Shown here: one piece after another, positions 20,923 through 31,600 of the stretch | How positions within the stretch are numbered: the stretch's first letter is position 1 | Layout: every line of letters begins with the position of its first letter | Assembly (NCBI GenBank): GCA_964455675.1 | Contig: CAYVYK010000004.1 | Span: forward strand, 1 to 64,000 | Length of the DNA stretch: 64,000 bases | Direction: 5' to 3' | Origin: an uncultured Methanosarcinales archaeon | GTDB lineage: Archaea > Nanobdellota > Nanobdellia > Woesearchaeales > CAYVYK01 | Program-made: the position numbers and the translations under genes | The notes under the pieces: model-generated | The model's database searches: none | What the model saw: only the letters and a program-made list of their open reading frames with translations | What the model was told of the DNA's origin: nothing

Positions 20923-21489
20923 ATGAGAATTATTTTGGCATCACAATCCTTATTCAGAAGGAAGGCTCTTGAGATTCTTGGACTTACATACGAAACTAAG
21001 CCCAGTTCCATAGACGAGAAGTCAATTCGTCATGCCAATCCCGAAAAACTTGCGCAACTGCTTTCTGAAGCAAAGGCTAGAGATGTCGGTAGCAAGGAGG
21101 GCGCGGCTTTGGTAATTTCCGGCGACCTATTTGTGGTATTCAAGAAGAAGATCTATGAAAAACCATCCAGTAGTGAAGAAGCGTTCGCCATGCTCAAATC
21201 ATTTTCTGGAAACAAACTTGATATCGTCGCTGGGGTGGCAGTCTACAATTCAAAGATAAACACTATGCGATCCACGACGGAAAAATATACCGTCAAATTC
21301 AGGATGCTCGAAGACCACGAAATCAGGGACTATATTTCACGATACCCTGTGCAAACATTCTCTGCTGCGTTCGAAGGAGATGGACTAGTGCGGTTTGCGG
21401 AAAGCACGGAAGGACCGTATCCATTCCTCACTGCGTTTCCCATGAATCCTCTCATACGATTTCTTCGAGAAAACGGTCTGAAAGTGTAG
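20923..21489 (+). CDS. maf: Maf-family nucleotide pyrophosphatase
   Basis: IILASQS..RR..L, IDEK, EAKA, IYEKP..EEA..ML. Confidence 0.85.
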   Translation: MRIILASQSLFRRKALEILGLTYETKPSSIDEKSIRHANPEKLAQLLSEAKARDVGSKEGAALVISGDLFVVFKKKIYEKPSSSEEAFAMLKSFSGNKLDIVAGVAVYNSKINTMRSTTEKYTVKFRMLEDHEIRDYISRYPVQTFSAAFEGDGLVRFAESTEGPYPFLTAFPMNPLIRFLRENGLKV

Positions 21490-21499
21490 AGAATTAATT

Positions 21500-21754
21500 T
21501 TACAGTTTCTCAAGCATGCTCACGACATTCCATATCTGCGTGCGCGTGTACGATTTCAAATTGACATCATTAGAAATCTCATCAAGTTCGCTCATGGCGC
21601 GATCCTTGCAAATGTTGAGATCATCATCGGACTGAAGCATCTGGGTGATGTGACCTATCTTCTCGCGAACATTCCGCGGCATCGTGTTATCCTGCGTCAA
21701 CTCCTGCAGGAATTCGACGACGTTACATACGTTTTGATTCTTCATGTTCATCAC
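21500..21754 (-). CDS. UPF0147 family protein
   Basis: DNTMPRNVR, LDEISNDVNL.SYTRTQIWNVVSMLE; exact start uncertain. Confidence 0.88.
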   Translation of the reverse strand: MMNMKNQNVCNVVEFLQELTQDNTMPRNVREKIGHITQMLQSDDDLNICKDRAMSELDEISNDVNLKSYTRTQIWNVVSMLEKL

Positions 21755-22061
21755 CTTTCATGCTACTCATGATCGTTTCCTGAAGCTTCTTCATCTTTTC
21801 AAGGATCTGAGCTTCCTGCTTATCAAGACTCTTGATGCGGAGCTCGGCCGTCTCCTTCTTTGATTTCATCTCATTCTGAAGAGCGGCCTTATCACTTAGA
21901 ACGATAATCGTACCGACCTGCTTATAGACTTCCTTTGCGTTTTCCATCTCACGGAGCGCATTCTCAATCTCAAGAAGCTGGGAAGAAAACTGCTGTTTCT
22001 GGAGAAAGATGGCCTGCTTGCTCTTCTCGAGCAGTGAGAGTTGTTCGATTTCTTCTGGCAT
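21723..22061 (-). CDS. pfdB: Prefoldin beta subunit
   Basis: Coiled coils around VYKQVGTIIV; conserved position after pcc1. Confidence 0.88.
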   Translation of the reverse strand: MPEEIEQLSLLEKSKQAIFLQKQQFSSQLLEIENALREMENAKEVYKQVGTIIVLSDKAALQNEMKSKKETAELRIKSLDKQEAQILEKMKKLQETIMSSMKGDEHEESKRM

Positions 22062-22070
22062 AGACCATCC

Positions 22071-22301
22071 TCATTTCAGCGTTTCCACCTTTTCAAGCAC
22101 TTGAAGCGCTTTTAGCACGGTATTTATCGCCGCTCGGAGCGACGTGCTATCATCGCTTTCGAACTCGAAGACAAGCGCTGACTTTGACGCTTTCGTCTTC
22201 ACGCGCACACGGCTGCCTTCCAGCAGGTGCAACTCGGGATCCAAACACTTTTTAACAAGCAGTGGCTTGTACTTGATCTCCAGGATTGTGTGATACTTCA
22301 T
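22071..22301 (-). CDS. pcc1: KEOPS complex subunit Pcc1
   Basis: LDPE, SDDSTSLRAAINT; conserved gene order. Confidence 0.8.
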   Translation of the reverse strand: MKYHTILEIKYKPLLVKKCLDPELHLLEGSRVRVKTKASKSALVFEFESDDSTSLRAAINTVLKALQVLEKVETLK

Positions 22302-22435
22302 CGTGCCTTTACTTTGGTTGTCGTGCTCCTTGGCTTAAAGAGCATCTTACTGCCACAGTACGGGCATCTAACGCGCTTCCTGATATACTCGTCACCGACT
22401 CGCTTGTTGCAGAAAAAGCACTTGTATCTACTCAT
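22298..22435 (-). CDS. rpoP: RNA polymerase subunit Rpo12 (P), 45 aa; absent from the ORF track
   Basis: Hand translation MSRYKCFFCNKRVGDEYIRKRVRCPYCGSKMLFKPRSTTTKVKAR; follows rpl37ae. Confidence 0.93.
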   Translation of the reverse strand: MSRYKCFFCNKRVGDEYIRKRVRCPYCGSKMLFKPRSTTTKVKAR

Positions 22436-22710
22436 TCTTCGGCCTCTTTTTGCTCCTCTTGCGGCTTCACTTCAGCCATGATCGAGGGCTTACCAGCACG
22501 CAAATCAAACGCTCTCCCCGTAAACTTGGAACCGCACTTCTCGCAGAACCAAATCCCCGCAGAAAGCTTTCGTGACTTATGGTAATGGCAATACGGGCAT
22601 TGATCGGACAATTTTGTCATGTGCTCGATCTGTCCAAGCCTAAATCTGGTTGTGCGTCCATACCGCACGCCAAGACGTTTCACGCTTCCAAAGGTTTCTT
22701 TCTTTTCCAT
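22432..22710 (-). CDS. rpl37ae: 50S ribosomal protein eL43 (L37Ae)
   Basis: RLGVRYG, CPYC, GIWFCEKCG..FTGRA. Confidence 0.93.
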   Translation of the reverse strand: MEKKETFGSVKRLGVRYGRTTRFRLGQIEHMTKLSDQCPYCHYHKSRKLSAGIWFCEKCGSKFTGRAFDLRAGKPSIMAEVKPQEEQKEAEE

Positions 22711-22717
22711 GATAAGA

Positions 22718-22814
22718 TGGGGCTACCCGGACTTTCACCGTGTTTTTTCACGCTTTGAACCGGGGTCTTCTGGTCCCAAACCAGATAGGATGTTCCAAGC
22801 TACCCCATAGCCCC
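22718..22814 (-). tRNA. tRNA-Pro(UGG) with a 22-nt intron at 59/60 (22732-22753)
   Basis: GGGGCTA/TAGCCCC acceptor stem, TCTGG-TT-TGG-GA-CCAGA anticodon arm; intron removal restores GGTTCAAATCCGG and a 75-nt tRNA. Confidence 0.92.
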
Positions 22815-22876
22815 ATAAGTCTGTTGAAAAAACTGGGTGCCTTTATAAACGTTGTGATATGGTGTCTGGAGGACCA

Positions 22877-22978
22877 TTAACGCTTGAGGCGCTTGCGCTT
22901 CTCTTTTCGCATTCGCTTACGCTGCCACTTCCAGCGCATCTGCCCTTTTTTCTTCCATCGCCGTGAACTGCGTTTCAT
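22877..22978 (-). CDS. rpl41e: Ribosomal protein eL41 (L41e/eS32), 33 aa; absent from the ORF track
   Basis: Hand translation MKRSSRRWKKKGQMRWKWQRKRMRKEKRKRLKR; GGAGG SD upstream. Confidence 0.88.
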   Translation of the reverse strand: MKRSSRRWKKKGQMRWKWQRKRMRKEKRKRLKR

Positions 22979-23094
22979 TATTGCCTCCTCGACTATAATG
23001 AAATAAAGAGAATCGGAGCCCTTTTTAAATATATTGGTTTATGCCTGTTTTGAACGCTCTCAGAGCTCATTCTCCTCGTGAACAGACTAGCAAT

Positions 23095-26000
23095 TCAACC
23101 ATAGAATAGACGATCGGCCGCAGGGGTCTCAATCTGCCCGATTTCGATGTATGTTGCTGTATCCTCATCCATTTGGAACATGCCCCCGTCAGGTACTATC
23201 ACAGCATCAGGAACAGGAGCATCATTTGAGGAACCTATCGGCAAAACACTCGCCCCTTTCGGAACAAAAACAGCAGCATCCTGACTAGGCATGGAATGCT
23301 GAAATGATGAGAGCATTTCTTTTCCTGTGAGAGGCTTTCCTTCAGCAAGTTCCCGATACACACCATGAACAAAAATGCTTTGCACACCATACTCACTCAT
23401 CTGGGGATCAGACTCACTAAACGAGTAACCATATTGTCCACGATTCGTCTCCGTAATAACCACTGGGAGGGATTTTACGCCGCGAGCACCGAGCTCAGCA
23501 TAGAGAGCCTGCGCAAAGTCATAGGAGTGGCAAGAACCGATAACGATATTCACGTCAGAAATCTTGTTCCCGGAAATTTCGCGCTGCTGCAGCGCAGCAG
23601 CAATTTCCTGATAGCTAATCGCATTGACATACGAAGGGATATCGGAATTCTCCGAACCAATGTATCCTTCGGATAGCCACTGATGGTTCTCTCCCCCATG
23701 GTTAAGGAACCAAATCGTCGTATCGCCTTTGCTTTGGGAGATCGATTCTATCGCCTGGTCCTTGGCATAACGGCCTTTTAATCCAGAGACGATTGCAGAG
23801 GGAGGAGTGCCTGATTTTATCGCAATATCCGTCAGTTTATCCTCTTGAAACCGGTAATCGCCAAGATCGTTCGTTTCATCATGCGTAATCGGGATAAACG
23901 AGTCAGTGTCAGGACCAAGAATAACGCGCTCTGAGAATGCATCTCTGCGTTCACGGATATCCTGCAGCGCCTCGGCTACATTTTCATTCGTTAATTCCCT
24001 CCCCGCAAGGAGTCTTTCAGTAGTAACTGCATAGGATAATCGTTCTTCAGAAGAAGCTCCCCCTGTTACACGCTGGAATGCGGGTGAGTCATAAATAAAT
24101 CCCATCGTCTGAGGATTTGAGGCTGGATAGGAGTTTGAGATCTGATACGCGGACTCCACGATCGAAGTATCCGCGGCATTTGCGAGAACCGCCTGCGTGT
24201 CAAAAAACGAGAGTGAGGTGGAATCCTGCAGCAAACGACGCTGAGCTTCTGGATTATTTCTTGTTGATTCCATCGCCTCCATAAGCTTATCCGATGGAAG
24301 CAATGCAGTTACCGGATACTCACCTTTGTTGTACAGCTCGATACATTCCACCTGAGCCTCTGGATCATTCTCTGTTAATGCGAGCGCTGTCACAAGCGAT
24401 GTAGGTGAATAAAACTTTTCTCCTTGGATATTCATTTCTCTGATAACGTCGTTATGATCCCGCATTGCGAGCGATACAGCGCGCTGATACCCATCGTTAC
24501 TAAGGACTCGAAAAAATTGTTCTTGCACATCGGGGGAAGATGAAAGCGCATCCTTTCGAATTTCCTCTGCGAGGTCCGAACGCATTGAGCCATCTGGAAC
24601 GCCGGCAAGAAGCTCAGCACGTACTAGGTCGTCAGCATCACTGAATGCTAGAGCGGCACGTTCTCCGTTATCGGTACGGACCTTGTCAATTAGGGTAGTA
24701 CGAAGGGAAGGATCAACATCGGTGAGTGCTCGACGAGCAACTTCATACGTCAATGTGGAATCCATGGTATCAAGGATTGCTGACTGCTCGTCTGTATTTG
24801 CATTTGACAACAGAAACGCACTCCTCTGCCCATTTTCGTCTGACACAAGTCCAGAGAAGGTGGGCAGGTTCATTGGATCAACAAACTTCTGAGCAGCTCT
24901 TGCCTGCTCATACCCTATTGACACCGAATCGGGAAGCTGCAAAATCCGCGCTTGCAGTGCTGCGTCATTTGATGTGCTGTCAAGCATCCGCGTAAGCGCT
25001 GCACCGCTCACATCAGAATTTGCCTGACGTAGCAGTATCTCCTGAAGATCAGTCCTCCCTTTCGTTGCCTCAAGACCCTTTGCGAGATCATCGCCGGAAA
25101 TCTTGGCGTTAGGATCTAGTCGGCCGATTATCGAGGCCTTTAATTCATCAGAATCATAATTCTTATGTTCCGCGGAGAGCATGGCGATCGCGTCATCCGC
25201 TTTAAGTGTCGATACCTTCGATAAAATTGCTTCCTGCATATCTTTGCGACCTGGATTACCTTGGTAGAGAAGGGCAGCATTTTCTGACGTAAATTCCTTC
25301 GTGCGTTCCACAATTTCATTCGACAGATCAGGAGACAGAATGATACCAAGGTATGCGACCTCGCTCTTGAATGAGGGGTTCTCACGTAGTATCGCCGCAC
25401 GGCCCTCCTCGTCTGATGTCAATAACCTTGCAAGGTCCTGCAAACCCCCTTCGTTTGGCATGCTCGATATTATTTGCTGCTGGAAGGGAGGATCAAGCAT
25501 GCTCAACATATGTGGATTTTGATAGAAATACTCGGGATGTGCAACCATCGCCTGCTGCAGAGATGCCTTTGATTCGGGCGGGACCATGCTCAGCATATCT
25601 GAAGGACTGATACCATTCGTATTCTGCTGCTGTTCGATGAGCATGACGGACGCAGCGGTCAGTGCATCACTTGCAGGCAATGTTGCCATATACTCGGCAA
25701 AGGTACCTTCCAGTTGTGATTTTACGGCGCCAACAACACGACCATTCTCATTTGTCGCAGTGATCATCCAAGGATACAATTTTCCCTCGCTCGAAATTAC
25801 GGTTGCGACAGATGTTGTCAACCCTTCCAAATTGCCTCTCAAGGTCGGAAGATTTCTCGTGAAACGGACCATAACTTCTCCTTGGGCCTTTGTGATGTGA
25901 AGGTCTACATTTGCATCTCCAGTAATGCCTGGAATGTACACATGCTCATACGCGCCGTCCGGAACGGTTATGCGCACATCACCATTTCTACCCTGCACTG

Positions 26001-26778
26001 TCAAATCAGAACTCATGAGCAGTTGATTTCCGCCATATTCACACCGTCCAGCCTTGCATACGGTCAGGGGCTGATCAAAACTGACGTACGCACCCTTGTC
26101 GGTAAGAAACCATCCACGCTTATTCTCAGGTGGATAGACAATAATCTCCCCTTCATCAACAAATGTCGCGTACCCCTTCATCTTGCCAAAATATCCAGAC
26201 GGAGACGCTAAACTCACGAATTCATCACTTAACAGGCCATTATCCTTGTACGTTAGTATGGCACCGGATTTTGGCGTGAACTTCCAACCATTCACCATAA
26301 GTTCTTCATAAGAATGAATAAATCCGTCTTCGGTCGTAAAAACCTGTTTTCCAGAAATTACGGAGCCATCAGGAAGGATTCCTTCTTCAACATCCACTCC
26401 ATTTGCGATGATCAGTCCATCTTTGCATGATACCTGCTGGCCTGCGCCGACACGAAATACGCCATTCTTCGCTTTTACCGTACCACCTGATGGACCCATC
26501 GATAGATCGCCCGTAAAGGATGATGCATCAGCACTCGCGCCATCGATGACGATAGTTACGCCTTCTACTGACTGCAATGTCGCCTCTCCTCCAGTAATCG
26601 TCACCTGTGAACCTGAAACGGTCGCTTGCGATGCGTCAATTCCGGATACGCCAAAATCAGATAGTGATGGTGATTCCTCAACGGGTAAAGGAGCATCTTC
26701 AACACCTTGAACCAACGAAAAAACAAAAACAGGTGAGAGTATCGTCAAGATTAATGATAATAAAAGAATGTTACGCAT
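23095..26778 (-). CDS. Large secreted protein (about 1227 aa): beta-rich N-terminus, helical repeats, C-terminal clan CD (caspase/legumain-like) peptidase domain
   Basis: Signal peptide MRNILLLSLIL; TIWFLNHGG and VNIVIGSCHS His-Cys dyad motifs. Confidence 0.65.
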   Translation of the reverse strand: MRNILLLSLILTILSPVFVFSLVQGVEDAPLPVEESPSLSDFGVSGIDASQATVSGSQVTITGGEATLQSVEGVTIVIDGASADASSFTGDLSMGPSGGTVKAKNGVFRVGAGQQVSCKDGLIIANGVDVEEGILPDGSVISGKQVFTTEDGFIHSYEELMVNGWKFTPKSGAILTYKDNGLLSDEFVSLASPSGYFGKMKGYATFVDEGEIIVYPPENKRGWFLTDKGAYVSFDQPLTVCKAGRCEYGGNQLLMSSDLTVQGRNGDVRITVPDGAYEHVYIPGITGDANVDLHITKAQGEVMVRFTRNLPTLRGNLEGLTTSVATVISSEGKLYPWMITATNENGRVVGAVKSQLEGTFAEYMATLPASDALTAASVMLIEQQQNTNGISPSDMLSMVPPESKASLQQAMVAHPEYFYQNPHMLSMLDPPFQQQIISSMPNEGGLQDLARLLTSDEEGRAAILRENPSFKSEVAYLGIILSPDLSNEIVERTKEFTSENAALLYQGNPGRKDMQEAILSKVSTLKADDAIAMLSAEHKNYDSDELKASIIGRLDPNAKISGDDLAKGLEATKGRTDLQEILLRQANSDVSGAALTRMLDSTSNDAALQARILQLPDSVSIGYEQARAAQKFVDPMNLPTFSGLVSDENGQRSAFLLSNANTDEQSAILDTMDSTLTYEVARRALTDVDPSLRTTLIDKVRTDNGERAALAFSDADDLVRAELLAGVPDGSMRSDLAEEIRKDALSSSPDVQEQFFRVLSNDGYQRAVSLAMRDHNDVIREMNIQGEKFYSPTSLVTALALTENDPEAQVECIELYNKGEYPVTALLPSDKLMEAMESTRNNPEAQRRLLQDSTSLSFFDTQAVLANAADTSIVESAYQISNSYPASNPQTMGFIYDSPAFQRVTGGASSEERLSYAVTTERLLAGRELTNENVAEALQDIRERRDAFSERVILGPDTDSFIPITHDETNDLGDYRFQEDKLTDIAIKSGTPPSAIVSGLKGRYAKDQAIESISQSKGDTTIWFLNHGGENHQWLSEGYIGSENSDIPSYVNAISYQEIAAALQQREISGNKISDVNIVIGSCHSYDFAQALYAELGARGVKSLPVVITETNRGQYGYSFSESDPQMSEYGVQSIFVHGVYRELAEGKPLTGKEMLSSFQHSMPSQDAAVFVPKGASVLPIGSSNDAPVPDAVIVPDGGMFQMDEDTATYIEIGQIETPAADRLFYG

Positions 26779-27517
26779 ACTCTCTCCCCCAAGAGTATAC
26801 CTGTGCAAATCGATATCTCAAAAAACTGTCTTTATACGGAAGATTCAGCGTATAAACCACAGTTCCAACATCGTGATAATCCAGACTGAAGGTTACATTT
26901 TTTCGCAATGCTATCAAGGAAAGATATCCGATGGGTATTTCGTTTGGAGTCCGCTGCTGCTCGAAAATGAATTCAGAGATTGTCTCTCTGACAAAATCAA
27001 TATCCAAGGGAACTTGATAAGTATAACTCTGAAGCAATGCTTCGTGATCATCCCTCGACACCTTGGTATGATAATCCATCGTCACCTGAACGGGATTTGA
27101 ACCTGACACGATCACATTCCCTCCGGAGGATTCTAGTTTTAGCGATGGAGGCGCGACCTTATGCGCACACTCGTCCATCAAAGACACAAAGGAGAGCTCA
27201 AGTCCGTTAACGATATCTTCTCTTGAAGGATAACGGTCATAAGAATAGATCGGAACGGGAAGAACTGATACAACAAGAGGAGGAGAGACTTCCTGGTAAC
27301 CCCCCTGAAGAAAGAACCTGCTCACGCTCGCATCAAGGCCATCCCGAAGGCATGAACCGAGGGCAGACTCATACATCCGAACATCGGCAGAAAACGTATC
27401 AGATTTCACCGAGCCAGATTTTTCTCGCTGCAGCGAGAAGAAAACAAAAGTCAGCGATACCACCACGACACCAATCACAATGATTACAATACTAAGCTGA
27501 CCGCGTCGTGAAGACAT
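26771..27517 (-). CDS. Pilin-like protein with class III signal peptide
   Basis: MSSRRG|QLSIVIIVIGVVVV then YESALGSCL...FFLQGGY; overlaps the start of the next gene. Confidence 0.7.
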   Translation of the reverse strand: MSSRRGQLSIVIIVIGVVVVSLTFVFFSLQREKSGSVKSDTFSADVRMYESALGSCLRDGLDASVSRFFLQGGYQEVSPPLVVSVLPVPIYSYDRYPSREDIVNGLELSFVSLMDECAHKVAPPSLKLESSGGNVIVSGSNPVQVTMDYHTKVSRDDHEALLQSYTYQVPLDIDFVRETISEFIFEQQRTPNEIPIGYLSLIALRKNVTFSLDYHDVGTVVYTLNLPYKDSFLRYRFAQVYSWGREYA

Positions 27518-27580
27518 AGGGTATCTGCACGTATAGGCATATAAAAAGATTATTAAAACAAAGTCTCCTTTTGGGGTCAC

Positions 27581-28633
27581 ATGAAGCAAAAGATAACTGA
27601 GGGAAGAGCGATTGTGGAAGTGTACAGTACAGGCAAGATATCAAAAAAGATGCCGGTGTTTTACAACCCCTCCATGAAGAATAACCGAGACATATCAATT
27701 CTTCTCTTAAATAACCTTGGACGCACCAAAATGCGCATCGCAGATCCGCTTGCAGGGAGTGGGATACGCGCGGTGCGGTTTGCAAAGGAACTTCGAAAAA
27801 GTGTGTGGGAAGAGATCATGGTAAATGACCAATCCCCCGAGGCAGTAAAACTCATCAAGAAAAACTTGAAAAACAACGGCATTAGCAATGTCCGCGTCAC
27901 AAGCAAGGATGCGAACCTCTTTCTCCTCGAATCAGAGGGCTTTGACTACATCGATATCGACCCGTTTGGATCTCCAAATCCATTCCTCGACGCAGCGGTA
28001 AAGCGCATTGCCCGAGAAGGAATCCTTGCCATAACTGCAACGGACACGGCACCACTCTCAGGAACGTATCCAGAACCATGTAGGCGCAAATACTGGGCAG
28101 AGCCATCCCGCACAGCACAAATGCATGAACTTGGCCTGCGCATCCTCATCAGAAAGATACAGCTTATCGGAGCACAATACGAAAAGGCGCTCGTCCCAAT
28201 ATACAGCTATTCACAGGAGCACTATATGAGGTGTTTCCTTATTTGCCATAAGGGCAAGGTACGTGTCGATGAGGTATTACGTAAACACCTCATGCGGGAG
28301 AAAGCAGGCCCGCTCTGGACTGGCGACCTTTGGGAAACCAGGCTAGCCCACAAGATGAGCGAAGCGTGCAAAGATAATGCTCTTCGACGATTCCTTACAA
28401 TTATCTCAAATGAGTCCAGGATACGTATGATTGGATTCGTCTCACTCCCTGATCTTGCGAAGAGAAATCGCGTTGGTAACCTCGCATCCCGCGAGGAGAT
28501 TATCTCGAGAATACGCAAGAAGGGGTATCAGATCGAGCTCACGCATTTTGATCCCCAAGGCTACCGGACGAATGCACCCGAAAAAGTTATTCTCAGTTCC
28601 ATACACGCAGTTCCATCTCCACAGGACCAATGA
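27581..28633 (+). CDS. trm1: tRNA (guanine-26-N2)-dimethyltransferase
   Basis: PVFYNP.M..NRDIS, LAGSGIRAVR, IDIDPFGSP, TATDTAPLSG, GPLWTG. Confidence 0.95.
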   Translation: MKQKITEGRAIVEVYSTGKISKKMPVFYNPSMKNNRDISILLLNNLGRTKMRIADPLAGSGIRAVRFAKELRKSVWEEIMVNDQSPEAVKLIKKNLKNNGISNVRVTSKDANLFLLESEGFDYIDIDPFGSPNPFLDAAVKRIAREGILAITATDTAPLSGTYPEPCRRKYWAEPSRTAQMHELGLRILIRKIQLIGAQYEKALVPIYSYSQEHYMRCFLICHKGKVRVDEVLRKHLMREKAGPLWTGDLWETRLAHKMSEACKDNALRRFLTIISNESRIRMIGFVSLPDLAKRNRVGNLASREEIISRIRKKGYQIELTHFDPQGYRTNAPEKVILSSIHAVPSPQDQ

Positions 28634-31600
28634 TGTACGGGATATTCCTGCTATTCACTTGGAGTACGACGTCTGACAGATCGAAAGGAATACCGATCAC
28701 GCCATCGCGCTCGCTCTCAGAGTTGAGATCAAGCTTCTTTAAGAATGCATATGTTGCGCCATTTACCGCATCCTGAGTAATGATGATCGGCAGATGGGTT
28801 GGAAAGCCAACCGTGATATCAATCTTTGCCTCTTCCTTACAGTATTCAGATTGGTTCACCCATGGGGCAAAGCTCGTGTCTATGTCGAGGCTATCTGCAT
28901 CATAGCATAGATAGATCGTGCGATAATTGCAGATATCAACGCTTGAAGGAGGGGGATTTGCCGGGAAAGGCCACACCTGCGTGATACCTGTCTGGAACTG
29001 GATCTGCCAGTAGCAACCAAGGGAACGAGGAGCAAATGATGGGCTAGCCGTAACGGTACTGAGAAGCATCGTGTAAATGATCTTACTCGAAAGGCTCGGG
29101 AAATTCGGCAGGTCAAGAGGAGCGGACTGCACGGCAAGATATATGGTATTATTCCCATGGGAGAAGAAGGAACCCGTTGCACTCCTCAATGGAAGTCTCA
29201 ACTTGAAAGGATCACCAACAGTAAGGAATGTACCTTGCTCTTCGGTTAGGAATGTTGAGACATTGAACACGTTCTGCGCGCTTGCATAGTCCGGATTACT
29301 TGGGGCATACACCCATGTTTCAGCAGTCCAGTTTGATGAGGAATAACTGAGCAGTTCGACATTCTGAAGACGGACATGAGCAGGCCATTGGAACATTGAT
29401 TCTGCATAGTGGGCCCCAGTGCTTGAGCGGAAATCACTCTTCTTGAAAGAATCCGTCTCGCGCGTAATAACAACATCTCCAAACGCCGTATCGATATATG
29501 ATGTAGGTTGGTAAGAGTACTCGATATAGCTGTTATTCATGAGTGTGGATGGAACGGACACGCCCTCAATGCTCTGGGATGAGAACAAGATCTCATTTGC
29601 GACTAGCGAATAAATGCTCTGCAGTTCATCCGTATTGTCACCCTTGAAATACACACCGTTGGAACACTCAGCAATAGTCTTCAGAGCGCGTTCGGGGTCG
29701 TTCGCTCCAATCCCAAAGTCAATCGTGTAAAATGTCAGCCTAAGACTTTGGTTCCTTGCCTTGTGCTGGCCCTCATAGCACGCCTCGTATATTGCCTCAC
29801 GCTTGTACTTGCAGTCAGGGTTTGCCGGATCACAATCAAGGAAGGTCACAAATCCGTCGGCAACACCGTTTGCAGGATCGCACTCAGAGATTTCATTGTA
29901 CAAGGGCGTCGCAGAATCATCCACGCAAAGACTACTGTACTCGTGATCGTACAATTCGCAGGTATCATACGGACCTCCCTCTGCAACAGAATAACACCCA
30001 TTCACGATCTCATAGCACCCCCATACACCCGCGGACATCTTGCACTCCCGCCGGAGCGTTGTGTTCTCCCAATGCAGATCGCTTTGCATGCCCGGAAGAT
30101 TTCCCTGGTCTAATGAATACCAATCAACATTCAAGTAGAAATCGATGAGTTCCCTGTTTTCCACATCGTGAAGCATCGAATATCCATAGTAACATGTTCC
30201 ATCCCTTCTCCAACACGTATTCGCAATACCATCCGTCATGAGCAGAACTGCCTTATCATGAACACCGCGCACATCTGTCTGAGCAAATTCCACAAAACCG
30301 TCCTCGGTTGCGGCAGGATTTAAGGGATTATACACATCATAGAGGAGAGCATTCACTGCTTTTCGAACAGCACACGAGATACATGTGCTCATCCCGGTTA
30401 TACGTGGGGAATATTCTGATATCGCCTCATCGAGCTTCGCAAGGTTTGCTTCTGCTGTGGCAGGTTCATAGAGAGAATAATACTTCGAACGATTCGTCTC
30501 ATTGACAAAATTTGGTGGCGAAGGATCCCCACAGAAATTATCAGGATCACCGGGATCAAGATCGCAGAATCCGTTCGCAGAACTCCCATAATCAACAAGG
30601 ATTATGGAACCGGCTTGCTTGTCATACATACTCTCAACGAACTGGCGATCAAGCATGCGTGCAAGCTTGACTTTTATTGCGGGGCAAATCTGGCATTCCG
30701 CAGATCCGATCGGAGGAATGCAGTAATTCTGCTGGCATGATCCTGAAGGATCTGAGTAGTTGAATACCGGATAGAGAGAAAGCAAGAGCTCACTAGCCCT
30801 TTCTGCTGAATGCGATGATGTGTCATCAATCTGTAATCCGGGAAAGTAGTCACCATAATACAACGGCAGGGAATCGTTGATATACCCTACAGAATCCTTT
30901 GTAAGCAGATGATACCTCACTCTTTTTGGATCACCTGTTGCCCCAGAATACTGAGGGGAGTACGACAACTCATACTGATTATCCAACTCATTATTCAACC
31001 TCGGATCAATAAAGTGAAGGGAGGGATCACTAAAGAACAGGGCAGACGTACTCCAAAGCAAGGTCTTCGATGATATCAATGCTGTCGCAATGACTTCATT
31101 CAAGTATGCCATCGAGCCTTCACATGAAGGCCAGTAACTGACAATATCAGTAAGCAGTAGTATCCTTTGCGTAAAGGAAACGTTCCAGAACACGGAAGGG
31201 ACCGGCTTCCAACCAAGTTCAAAAGGATCAGGATCATTGCAGACATCATAGTCTTCAAAATCCCAATTCACCCTCTGAGGAATCAAGGTTCCATTTGCAT
31301 GACGAAGATTCCTGCCGGCTTGGACATCATCAAGATTGGATGCAAGCCTGCTTGTGCTCTTATCGAGATAATACGTGTACCCACCGCTGAAGAAAAGATA
31401 ACTGTGATTTACTTCTGGAAGAGTATATGGATACACACCCTCGCAGCTGTCTGTAATTTGTCCATACTCACAGTCCGGGAAATGAGAATCAGAAGCAAAT
31501 CCACCACAGTAGAGGCTTTGCGGATGCTTGAGCCATGCCGCATCACCTAGTGGTATGATAGTCCTACTCGACTGGAGAACACCGCCTTGATAATACTGGA

